Assembly: GCA_965204745.1 (NCBI GenBank)
Contig: OZ242010.1
Span: 1,824,001-1,888,000 of the forward strand
DNA length: 64,000 nucleotides
Direction of reading: 5' to 3'
Source: Candidatus Latescibacterota bacterium
GTDB lineage: Bacteria; Latescibacterota; UBA2968
The notes beneath the pieces are model-generated. The model saw nothing but the letters and a program-made list of their open reading frames with translations. It did no database searches and was not told the DNA's origin. The translations under genes and the position numbers were made by a program. Below, one piece after another: positions 9,034 to 17,704 of the stretch; the stretch's first letter is position 1, and each line of letters opens with the position of its first letter.

Positions 9034-9903
9034 ATGCGGCATAGGACGAGGAAAAAGATGGCCTCGGTTATCGCGCTGACAATCGCGTTGATCGCGCTCG
9101 GAACAGTTCCGATGCTGGCTCAAACGCCGACGGTGACGATCAGCCCTAGGGGCAATTACAGCAGCACTTGCTCCGGGGCGGACGCCATCGCGGGTGATCG
9201 CGACTGCGATTGGCCCGGCTTGCAGGTCGATGAGGGTGACCGCGTGGAGTTCGTCATTCGGTTGCACGATGTTGCCGCCAGGGCTTCGCGGGCGATCCGC
9301 GTGTCTTATTCCGCTTCTGGAAGTGCGTATAATGTGGATGACTTGCGCGGCGGGTTGTTGGGAAGTACGCTCAGTCGGGACGATATTCCCAGTTCGGCTG
9401 AACGCACTATCTTGGAACGGTATCCCTACAACGCGCTGTCATTCAGGATCGCGCGAGATGCCGATGCCGGCGACGAGGCCATCACCATGACATTGATCGG
9501 CGTTTCCACGGCGTCTGGGGTCAACGCCTACACCATCGGCACGCCCTCAGCCGCGACGGTCGTCATTCGCGGCTCTGCGTCGAGTGCGAACAGCGCGCCC
9601 TCCTTCGGCGACCATGCGGTGACGGACAAGACCTTCACCGGCCTCAACGTTGCGATTCCGGCATTCCAACTACCCGCGGCAACAGGCGGGAATGGCGCGC
9701 TTGCGTACACGGCTTTGGACTTGCCCGCGGGCCTGACGCTCGACGACACGGGCAACGGGGCTTGCTCGGCCCCGCGCACGATCTGCGGCGCGCCCATTGC
9801 CGGCGAAACCGTCCGCGTGACCATCACCGCAACGGACGAGGATGCGGACAGGAGAAGTAGCGACGAGGCCACCCTGTCCTTCAGCATCACCACCGGCGGT
9901 TAA
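9034..9903 (+). CDS. Secreted protein with Calx-beta-like and putative Ig (He_PIG-like) domains
   Basis: Signal peptide; V.EGD.V.F.I.L and Y.IG.PS.ATV.I; LPAATGGNGAL.Y....LPAGLT. Confidence 0.7.
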   Translation: MRHRTRKKMASVIALTIALIALGTVPMLAQTPTVTISPRGNYSSTCSGADAIAGDRDCDWPGLQVDEGDRVEFVIRLHDVAARASRAIRVSYSASGSAYNVDDLRGGLLGSTLSRDDIPSSAERTILERYPYNALSFRIARDADAGDEAITMTLIGVSTASGVNAYTIGTPSAATVVIRGSASSANSAPSFGDHAVTDKTFTGLNVAIPAFQLPAATGGNGALAYTALDLPAGLTLDDTGNGACSAPRTICGAPIAGETVRVTITATDEDADRRSSDEATLSFSITTGG

Positions 9904-9967
9904 AAACATCGCCGCGGATCATCCCGGCCTGGTCGATCCCTGGACAGAAAACAATGAGGAGCGAACA

Positions 9968-11287
9968 ATGGCAGATTCCCCGAATCTCCTCGTCATTCAC
10001 ACCGACGAGCAAAGTTGCTGGACCTTGAGTGCTTATGGCGGCACACTCATCCACACGCCCCATATTGATTCGCTGGCAGACGAGGGCGCGATTTTGACGA
10101 ATTTTATGGTCAATGTTGCGGTGTGTACGCCGTCGCGAGGCGTGTTCCTCACCGGGCGGTACGAGCATGTTCACGGCGCGTATCGCAACAATATCCCGCT
10201 CAACCGCGATGAGATTACATTTGCACAGGCGTTGAAAGATCGCGGCTACGAAACCGGCTATGCGGGCAAATGGCATTTAGATGGCACGCCGCGGCCCGGG
10301 TGGGTCCACCCCGAGCGCACGATGGGGTTTGACGACGCGGAGTACATGTTCAACCGCGGGCACTGGAAGAAAATCGAAGACGCGACGATGGGCGATATGC
10401 AGCCCACGGCGTTCAATTACAAGACGATGGGCGATGAGAAGACGTATCCCACGGATTGGTTGACCGAAAAGACGTGTGCGTTTTTGACTCGGGACCGGGA
10501 GCGTCCGTTTTGTTTTATGCTGAGCATTCCGGACCCGCACCCGCCGTTCACCGTGCGCCCGCCCTACGATACCATGTACGACCCCGGACAGATGCCGTTG
10601 CCCGAGACGCGCCATGAGGAAAATCGGCCGAGTTGGGTATCCTCAAGGCAAGCACCCAATGACGATGTCCTACGCAAGCACACGGCCAATTATTGCGGCA
10701 TGGTCAAGCTCATCGACGATTGCGTGGGCAAAATGCTCGACGCGTTGCGCGAAAAGGGGATTTTGGACAATACCATTGTGGTCTTCACGTCGGATCACGG
10801 CGAATATCTGGGCGAGCACGGGTTGATGGGCAAGAATCAACTGTATGAAACCGCGTATCGCGTGCCCATGTTGATCCGCTGGCCCGAGAAAATCGCGCCC
10901 GGAACGCGGGTTGATCAGTTGGTGGGATCGGTCGATTTTATGCCGACCATTTTGACCTTGATGGGATTTGAACCCCGTGGTCGAGAGCACGGCCGCGACG
11001 CGTCCGGCCTGTTGCGCGGCGACGCGGTGGAATGGGACGATGTGTGTTATATCCACCACGACGCGAATCGCGCTGGCGTGTTCACGCCCAATTACGAACT
11101 GGCTTATGTGAAGGGCCACGAGGCCATTCTCTTCGACCGCGAGAACGACCTCCTTCAGGTGAACAATCTGTTTGACGCCCCCGAACACAGCGAGATGATC
11201 GCGGCCCTGACAGCGGCCCTCGCGGCGCATCACGCATCGGTCAATTCCCCGGCAACAGCGTGGTTGCGGGAGAAAGCAACCACATAA
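9968..11287 (+). CDS. Sulfatase (Cys/formylglycine type)
   Basis: PNLLVIHTDE, CTPSR, GYAGKWH, DPHPP, VFTSDHG. Confidence 0.92.
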   Translation: MADSPNLLVIHTDEQSCWTLSAYGGTLIHTPHIDSLADEGAILTNFMVNVAVCTPSRGVFLTGRYEHVHGAYRNNIPLNRDEITFAQALKDRGYETGYAGKWHLDGTPRPGWVHPERTMGFDDAEYMFNRGHWKKIEDATMGDMQPTAFNYKTMGDEKTYPTDWLTEKTCAFLTRDRERPFCFMLSIPDPHPPFTVRPPYDTMYDPGQMPLPETRHEENRPSWVSSRQAPNDDVLRKHTANYCGMVKLIDDCVGKMLDALREKGILDNTIVVFTSDHGEYLGEHGLMGKNQLYETAYRVPMLIRWPEKIAPGTRVDQLVGSVDFMPTILTLMGFEPRGREHGRDASGLLRGDAVEWDDVCYIHHDANRAGVFTPNYELAYVKGHEAILFDRENDLLQVNNLFDAPEHSEMIAALTAALAAHHASVNSPATAWLREKATT

Positions 11288-11322
11288 GAACGGGGATGAA
11301 AGGCAAGCGCGTAGCAGACCTC

Positions 11323-11411
11323 TTCTCTCTTGTATCTGTGGGCGAATCGCCCCTACACACACCGCTCGTCCTTTGAACTAGCTGTTGTCAGTTGTACCCC
11401 GCTCGTGGCTA
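11323..11411 (-). repeat. Composite ~90 bp repeat (38-bp hairpin unit + GTAG-REP-like hairpin + AGATACAAG end)
   Basis: Reverse copy of the unit seen at 28289, 52400 and 59160. Confidence 0.7.
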
Positions 11412-12189
11412 GGTTGTGTTGACATTTGCGAGCCATGCAACGGAATGGGGGCTTATCGAGAAGATCAAGCCCTATCGCAGGATATGCTCTCGATTTGAGA
11501 AACTCGGACAATCGCTCCTTATCGGGACCTACCCCCCTAGCCCCCCTTCCTGCGAGGAAGGGGGGAACGGTGAGCGGTTTTGCGAGGGGATTGATGAGGG
11601 ATATTTAATCGCTTTATGCCCTCGGTCAATCCATCAGAGCAACCAGAGTGAGAAGCCATCAAAGGAGCTTTACTCCCCCTTTCCTGCGAGGAAGGGGGGA
11701 ACGGTGAGCGGTTTTGCGAGGGGATTGATGAGGGATTTTTAGTCGCTTTATGCCCTCGGTCAATCCATCAGAGCAACCAGAGTGAGAAGTCATCAAAGGA
11801 GCTTTACTCCCCCTTTCCTGCGAGGAAGGGGGGAACGGTGAGCGGTTTTGCGAGGGGATTGATGAGGGATTTTTAGTCGCTTTATGCCCTCGGTCAATGC
11901 CATCAGAGCAACCAGAGCTAGAAGTCATCAAAAGAGCTTTACTCCCCTTTTCCTGCGAGGAAGGGGGGAACGGTGAGCGGTTTTGCGAGGGGATTGATGA
12001 GGGATTTTTAATCGCTTTATGCCCTCGGTCAATCCATCAGAGCAACCAGAGCGATAAGCCATCAAAGGAGCTTTACTCCCCCTTTCCTCGTAGGAAAGGG
12101 GGCCGGGGGGATAGGTCCCCTCGCGCAACGCCATCAGAGCAATTTGCTACTCTGTGCGGAACGTCCAAAAATAAAATGTCAACACGACC
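11412..12189 (+). mobile_element. Hollow IS5 (IS427-group) element carrying a repeat array
   Basis: TIRs GGTTGTGTTGACATTT / AAATGTCAACACGACC, TA on both flanks, transposase scrap LIEKIKPYRRICSRFEKL. Confidence 0.8.
11524..12119. repeat. Tandem array of 4 x ~134 bp units with 5 hairpins and its own terminal inverted repeats
   Basis: Hairpin CCCCYTTCCT-NNN-AGGAAGGGGG with centres near 11551, 11685, 11819, 11954, 12088; ends GGGACCTACCCCCC / GGGGGGATAGGTCCC. Confidence 0.92.
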
Positions 12190-12223
12190 TAAATTCCCCT
12201 CTTACGCCTTTCCCGGAGGATAT

Positions 12224-12703
12224 ATGGCATTTGACGCACGGCTACAGCGCGATATTATGGGGCGGTTTGCAACCGGGGTCACGGTTGTGACCACGCGATA
12301 CCAAAACGGGGATATAACGGGTATGACCGCCAATGCGGTGATGTCGTTGTCCTTGGAGCCACCGCTCGTTGTGGTGTCAGTGGATAAATCGGCGACCATG
12401 CACAGCGCGCTGTCGGACGGTCAGTGTTATGCCATCAATATCCTGACGCGCGAGCAAGAGCATTTGTCCAACCGATTTGCCGCGCCAGGGCCAAAGGATT
12501 TTTCCGACCTCAAATTGCGCGAACGCAAAACGGGCGCGCCGATTTTGGATGGCACGCTCGGGTATCTCGATTGCAAATTGGTGCATGTCCTGCCGGCTGG
12601 AGATCACGATATGTTCGTCGGCGAGATTGTGGATGGCGAGGTGGGATCGGGCGCGCCGTTGTTGTTTTACAGAGGGCAGTATCGGGGGATTGCTGAGGAG
12701 TAG
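12224..12703 (+). CDS. Flavin reductase family protein (DIM6/NTAB)
   Basis: MGRFATGVTVVTT, SLSLEPPL, AGDH, PLLFYRG; GGAGG RBS. Confidence 0.92.
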   Translation: MAFDARLQRDIMGRFATGVTVVTTRYQNGDITGMTANAVMSLSLEPPLVVVSVDKSATMHSALSDGQCYAINILTREQEHLSNRFAAPGPKDFSDLKLRERKTGAPILDGTLGYLDCKLVHVLPAGDHDMFVGEIVDGEVGSGAPLLFYRGQYRGIAEE

Positions 12704-12821
12704 GCGAAAAAAATAAAACGAGCGGTAATGAGACGTAGGGGCGCGGCCCCTGTGCCCGGCCGTAGATGCGAGAAATAGTGAACCGCTATCGCAGTTGTAC
12801 CCCGTTCCGCCTATTCGCCCC

Positions 12822-14501
12822 TCATACATCGACATACACTTCCAAAAATCGCTTTTCCCCTTCTGTGCTGCCGATGAGGATGATTTCCGAAGCTCTTGGC
12901 AATGGTTTATTGGGGGCGGGAGGCGTGCCATTGACCGCGATGACCGTGCAACCCGTGTTTTTGCGGATGGATGAATTGGCGATGGTTTTGCCGACGAGGG
13001 ACCGGGGAATTTTCATTCTGAACACGCTGAGGCCCTCGGGCAAGGTCAGGGTGTCGCTGCGTTCTAAGAGGTTGAAAATCGCGTCCGCGCCCATCGACGC
13101 ATACGACATGACGAAATCCGCGCCCGCGCGATGCAGGGTCGCGATGTTTTTTTCTTGCGAGACGCGGCTGATGATCTGAATTTCCGGATTGAGTCGGCGG
13201 CAATACACCGTGAGATACACATTGATATCGTCGTCATGCGTGGTGATGATGACGGTCAGCGCGTTCATAATATCGGCTTGTTTTAAGACCTCAAAATCCG
13301 CGGCATTGCCCACGATGCAGTTGTCCAACCCTCGAACTTGTTCCGGATCTTTTTCCACGATGCGGTAGTCGAGGCCGAGTTCGGTGAGGGTGCGTGCGGC
13401 TTCTTTGCCGACCCCGCCGCCGCCGATGATGACGACCGGCGCGGTCGAGGTTTTGTAGATGCAGAACAATTCGTTGAACCGATCTAATTGATGCTGTGAG
13501 CCTGTGAGCACGAGGACGGTGTGCGGGCCGATGGGCGTGTCCGGCAGTGCGGATTGAAAAATGCCGCGTTCCCAAACCCCGATAGCCGTGAGGCCCAGGT
13601 TTTTTCGCAAGCCGATTTCCTCGAGCGTTTTGCCCACGAGGGGCGTGTGGGTTACGGTGGTTTCGGCGATGATCAGTTCTTCGTACTGGCCGATCACATG
13701 CGCGGCAGCGTCTCCGCTTTGGGTGCGCCGAGCCAAAGACGCGCCGAGCATTTTTTCGAGTTGTAGCACATGCGTGCAACCCGCCAATTTGAGAATATCG
13801 ACGGAACGCGGGTCGTCTGCGCGGGCGATGATCGGCACAGTGGGATTGAGTTCGCGCACGGTAAAGGCGACGTGCGTGTTGATCGGGTCCGTATCTGTTG
13901 CGGCGACGAGCGCGGCTTGTTCGATCTGCAATTTCTCGTAGGTTTCCGGATTGTCGAAATCCCCCACGACGACCTCGATGCCTTGGTCGTGGAGTTGCAG
14001 GGCATCCGCCACGTCTGGCATGAGGAGATAATAAGTGTAGTGGTAGCGATCCAACTTGTTGATGAGGCTTTGCACAAGGGGGTCGTAGTGGGTCAACAAG
14101 ACATGCCCCCGGGTATTTGCGGGCAACTGACGCGGGGCGCGGTCTTCGGATTGGGCTTGGATCCACGGCGCGTAAAAAAACTGGATAAAGGCAAAGGGCA
14201 GGACGATGAGCAAAAAGACCATGCCAGTGATCAAGACCAGCACAGAGAACAACCGCCCCAAATCGCCCTGAAAGGTGATGTCGCCAAATCCCAGGGTGGA
14301 CATGGTCGTCAGCGTCCAATACAGCCCGGTAATCCAACTCGCCTCTTGACCTTCGCGGAGCATGAGAATGCGGAAAACGACGCTGAAGAGCGCGACGATG
14401 ATCGCCAAGGTCAACAACAACTTGAACAACGTGCGGAGATTCCGCCGATTGGCGCGCTTGTGCATCAACTGGGAAAGTTGTGTGACAACGCCTTTGAACA
14501 T
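12822..14501 (-). CDS. Potassium channel with tandem TrkA-N/TrkA-C (RCK) domains
   Basis: Two TM helices around the TMSTLGFGD filter; GGGGVG Rossmann motif; duplicated RCK. Confidence 0.9.
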   Translation of the reverse strand: MFKGVVTQLSQLMHKRANRRNLRTLFKLLLTLAIIVALFSVVFRILMLREGQEASWITGLYWTLTTMSTLGFGDITFQGDLGRLFSVLVLITGMVFLLIVLPFAFIQFFYAPWIQAQSEDRAPRQLPANTRGHVLLTHYDPLVQSLINKLDRYHYTYYLLMPDVADALQLHDQGIEVVVGDFDNPETYEKLQIEQAALVAATDTDPINTHVAFTVRELNPTVPIIARADDPRSVDILKLAGCTHVLQLEKMLGASLARRTQSGDAAAHVIGQYEELIIAETTVTHTPLVGKTLEEIGLRKNLGLTAIGVWERGIFQSALPDTPIGPHTVLVLTGSQHQLDRFNELFCIYKTSTAPVVIIGGGGVGKEAARTLTELGLDYRIVEKDPEQVRGLDNCIVGNAADFEVLKQADIMNALTVIITTHDDDINVYLTVYCRRLNPEIQIISRVSQEKNIATLHRAGADFVMSYASMGADAIFNLLERSDTLTLPEGLSVFRMKIPRSLVGKTIANSSIRKNTGCTVIAVNGTPPAPNKPLPRASEIILIGSTEGEKRFLEVYVDV

Positions 14502-14603
14502 ATCTGTAAGCCCTCGATGAGTGCGACAAAACAAACGAATCGGCGGACGGGGCATGATCGCGTAGTGATTTTGGGTGGATGGGCTGGGCGGCCTTCTTGC
14601 CTC

Positions 14604-14648
14604 TCCCGTTTCCCGTTTCCCGTTTCCCGTCTCCCGTCTCCCGTCTCA
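14604..14648. repeat. Heptamer microsatellite (CCCGTYT)n
   Basis: About 6 tandem units, intergenic. Confidence 0.9.
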
Positions 14649-14737
14649 CCGAAGGGAGTGAGCGGGGCGGAAAGTATAGCGTACCACCATTGTTGTGTCA
14701 ATTTGGTTATTTGCCGAGTTTAAGCAAGGAGTTCAAA

Positions 14738-16171
14738 ATGTCATCTGATATGCGGTACAATATCCTCCTCATGATTTCGGAAGACAACGGACAGCACTTG
14801 GGCTGTTATGGCGATCCCCATGCACAAACGCCGCATTTGGACGAACTGGCCTCTGAGGGCGTGCGCTTTGAAAATATGTACGCCACGCAAGCCGTGTGTA
14901 GTCCCGGGCGGGCGAGTATTTTGACCGGGTTGTATCCGCACCAGAATGGTCAGTTTGGATTGGCAACCCACAAATACGCGCTGTACGATCGGTTTCCCAA
15001 CCTGCCCGAGTTGTTGAAAAACGCGGGGTATCGTACCGGGCTGATCGGCAAATTGCACATCAACCCGGAAGATGCTTTTCCCTACGATCTGTGGCAAAAT
15101 CCCAAGGCGTGGATCAGTTTTGCCAACCGCGACGTCCACAAAATGGCCGAGGTCGCAGGCGCGTTTATGAACTCGTCGGATGCGCCGTTTTTCTTGCAGA
15201 TGAGTTTTCCAGACGCGCATCTGCCGTTTCACCGCCAACAATTCGGGGTGCCCGCACGGCCGCTAGATGGCAAAGACGTCGCGCCGCTCCCATTTGTCGG
15301 CATTGATACGCCGCGCCTCAGAGCGGAGACGGCGAATTATTACAACTGCATGTCCAGGTTGGATACGGGCGTGGGATTGGTGTTGGACCAGTTGAAAGCG
15401 ATGGGCAAGGCGGAAAATACGCTCGTGATTTTTACCACCGATCACGGCGCGCAGTTTTCACGCGGGAAAACATCGAGCTACGAGGGCGGGCTACGCATTC
15501 CGCTGATCGTGCGCTGTCCCGGCATGGGTGAAGGGCGCGTGCGCGACGAACTGATCTCGCAGGTCGATATTTTGCCGACCGTGGCCGACATCGCGGGGAT
15601 CGCATGTCCTCCCGGCGTGGCAGGGGCGTCGTTTGTGCCCCTTTTGAATGGCGAGGATACGGCATGGCGAACCCATCTGTACGCGGAGTGGGGAAGCGGC
15701 GGCGTGGTTACGTATTTTCCACAGCGTTGCGTGCGCGATGGGCGATTCAAGCTCATCGCCAATTTGCTCCAAGACCGCCCAAGCCCGAGCGCGCTGGGCT
15801 ATTCGGAACCGACGCAAAAGTGGGCATCTGGCGCGACGCGAGAGGAGATCGCGTGCGCGGATGAGCGCGTGCGAGCGGCTTATGACCTTTATGAACGCCC
15901 CCCCGAGTTCGAGCTTTACGACTTGCAGAACGACCCATGGGAATTTGAAAATCTGTCCGGTGATCGGGCATACGAAGCCGTGTTGCAGGGGCAAAAAAAT
16001 CGCCTTGCAAGGTGGCGAGCGGACACCGACGACGCCTTGCGACACCCCGAAAACCTAAACCGCCTCACGCGGAAACACGACGCGATTCGGGAACAGTACT
16101 ACGCAGAAAGCGCGTGGGGCAGTTCTCGAGACTACGAGTGGGATTACACCGAGTATCTCTACGAGCGTTAA
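14738..16171 (+). CDS. Sulfatase (N-sulfoglucosamine sulfohydrolase-like)
   Basis: CSPGR, LTGLYPHQNG, GKLH, FTTDHG, ELYDL..DPWE; AAGGAG RBS. Confidence 0.9.
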   Translation: MSSDMRYNILLMISEDNGQHLGCYGDPHAQTPHLDELASEGVRFENMYATQAVCSPGRASILTGLYPHQNGQFGLATHKYALYDRFPNLPELLKNAGYRTGLIGKLHINPEDAFPYDLWQNPKAWISFANRDVHKMAEVAGAFMNSSDAPFFLQMSFPDAHLPFHRQQFGVPARPLDGKDVAPLPFVGIDTPRLRAETANYYNCMSRLDTGVGLVLDQLKAMGKAENTLVIFTTDHGAQFSRGKTSSYEGGLRIPLIVRCPGMGEGRVRDELISQVDILPTVADIAGIACPPGVAGASFVPLLNGEDTAWRTHLYAEWGSGGVVTYFPQRCVRDGRFKLIANLLQDRPSPSALGYSEPTQKWASGATREEIACADERVRAAYDLYERPPEFELYDLQNDPWEFENLSGDRAYEAVLQGQKNRLARWRADTDDALRHPENLNRLTRKHDAIREQYYAESAWGSSRDYEWDYTEYLYER

Positions 16172-16180
16172 GGAGAAAAC

Positions 16181-17437
16181 ATGGCGCGAACACATGTGGC
16201 ACTTGAAGGGGAAAAGTTTTTGGTGAATGGGCAGTTGACGTATTCGGAGATCGATGGGGCGCGGCCCGACGCGCACGGCTCGCTGATGAATGCGCGGTTT
16301 ATTCAGGGCATTTTTGACGACGCGATGGATCCCGACCGGTTTGCGCGGTGGGGGCGCGGCGAATGGAATGCCATGCAAAATACCGAGCGTCTCGTCGCGG
16401 CATTGCCCGATTGGTATGGCTATGGTTTGCGCGCATTCACGACGGGATTCCAGGGTGGAGGGCCGTGTTTTACGACGCCGAATGATACCATCCAAAACAA
16501 TCCCTTTGGCGAGGATGGCCTGACGTTGGACGCCGATTATGCCGAGCGGATGGACATGTTGATTCAGGGCGCGGACGCAGTGGGGATGGTGGTGATCGCC
16601 AGTTTTTTCTACGGAGCGCAGACGCGCTGGTTGAAGGATGAAAACGCCATCCGCAACGCGGTGACAACGGCTTCGCGCTTTTTGAAAGGGCGTTCTAATG
16701 TGATCATCGAGGTGGCGAATGAAATGAATATCGGCGCGTTTAACAGGCATCTCATTATTCACGAGCCAGCGGGGATGGTGCAGTTGTTGGATTTGGCGCG
16801 CAAAGAGTCGGGCGGCCTGCCCTGTGGATGCAGTGGCGGAGGTGGATACCGCGACCGGGATGTCGCAAGTGCCAGCGATGTGATTCTCATTCACGGCAAT
16901 GGCTGTACGCGACAGCGGTATTACAACATGATTCGAGAGGTGCGCGGGTGGAACTTGAATCGGCCCATTGTTTGCAATGAGGATTCGCAGGCCATCGGGC
17001 AACTCGAGGTGGCGTACAAAACGCAGACGTCGTGGGGGTATTACAACAATATGACCAAGCAGGAGCCGCCCGCGGATTGGGGCATCACGCACGGAGAGGA
17101 TACCTTTTTCGCCCATCGTATGGCAAAGGGCATCGGCATCCGCGTGGATGAGATCGCGCCGGACGACCAATACTACTTGCAGGGCTTAGAACCCGATTGG
17201 GCGTATCGGGGGCAACGCTGGCTGCGCTTGGCGAGCCTGTATCCCGAATCGATCAGCTATGTCGATTTTTATCGCAATGGCGAGTTGTACTATACGGCTT
17301 ATGACGAACCCTTTGCCGTGCATTTTCAAACCAACTGGCGCCAAGGCGGCATCGCGGTTCAAGACGATGATAGCGAGTGGAAAGCCGTTATCCACCGCGG
17401 CGATGGGGAGGTTCTTGAAAAGACCGTTCAAGTATAG
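16181..17437 (+). CDS. Putative glycoside hydrolase, GH-A clan TIM barrel
   Basis: IIEVANE (acid/base) and PIVCNED (nucleophile-like); 9 bp after the sulfatase, AAGGAG RBS. Confidence 0.65.
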   Translation: MARTHVALEGEKFLVNGQLTYSEIDGARPDAHGSLMNARFIQGIFDDAMDPDRFARWGRGEWNAMQNTERLVAALPDWYGYGLRAFTTGFQGGGPCFTTPNDTIQNNPFGEDGLTLDADYAERMDMLIQGADAVGMVVIASFFYGAQTRWLKDENAIRNAVTTASRFLKGRSNVIIEVANEMNIGAFNRHLIIHEPAGMVQLLDLARKESGGLPCGCSGGGGYRDRDVASASDVILIHGNGCTRQRYYNMIREVRGWNLNRPIVCNEDSQAIGQLEVAYKTQTSWGYYNNMTKQEPPADWGITHGEDTFFAHRMAKGIGIRVDEIAPDDQYYLQGLEPDWAYRGQRWLRLASLYPESISYVDFYRNGELYYTAYDEPFAVHFQTNWRQGGIAVQDDDSEWKAVIHRGDGEVLEKTVQV

Positions 17438-17440
17438 ATA

Positions 17441-17600
17441 GCCACAAAAGGCACGAGCGGGGTACAACTGGCGACAGCCAGTTCAAAGGCACAAAAGGGG
17501 TACAACTGGCGATAGCCAGTTCAAAGGCACAAAAGGGGTACAACTGGCGATAGCCAGTTCAAAGGCACAAAAGGGGTACAACTGGCGACAGCCAGTTCAA
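17441..17600 (+). repeat. Tandem array, 4 x 38 bp hairpin unit
   Basis: GGTACAACTGGCGAYAGCCAGTTCAAAGGCACAAAAGG starting at 17461, 17499, 17537, 17575; no spacers. Confidence 0.92.
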
Positions 17601-17606
17601 GGATAC

Positions 17607-17647
17607 AAAAGCCCGTCTCCGCGGAGGTAAGCGGAGACGGGCTTTTT
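17607..17647. terminator. Bidirectional intrinsic terminator
   Basis: AAAA-GCCCGTCTCCGC-loop-GCGGAGACGGGC-TTTTT between convergent genes. Confidence 0.85.
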
Positions 17648-17704
17648 GTTATGACGAACTCGCTGTTGTGGTACAGCAAAAAATGCCCGAACCATTGACG
17701 CGGC

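Noticed and set aside
11524-12119. CRISPR array (regular hairpins)
   Set aside because: Intervening ~110 bp segments are near-identical rather than unique spacers; no cas genes in the window.
11897-12223. N-terminal extension of the flavin reductase
   Set aside because: It is the repeat array read in frame; the real start with GGAGG is 12224.
17441-17600. CRISPR array (38-bp palindromic repeat)
   Set aside because: Units are head-to-tail with no spacers, and the unit is dispersed singly elsewhere.
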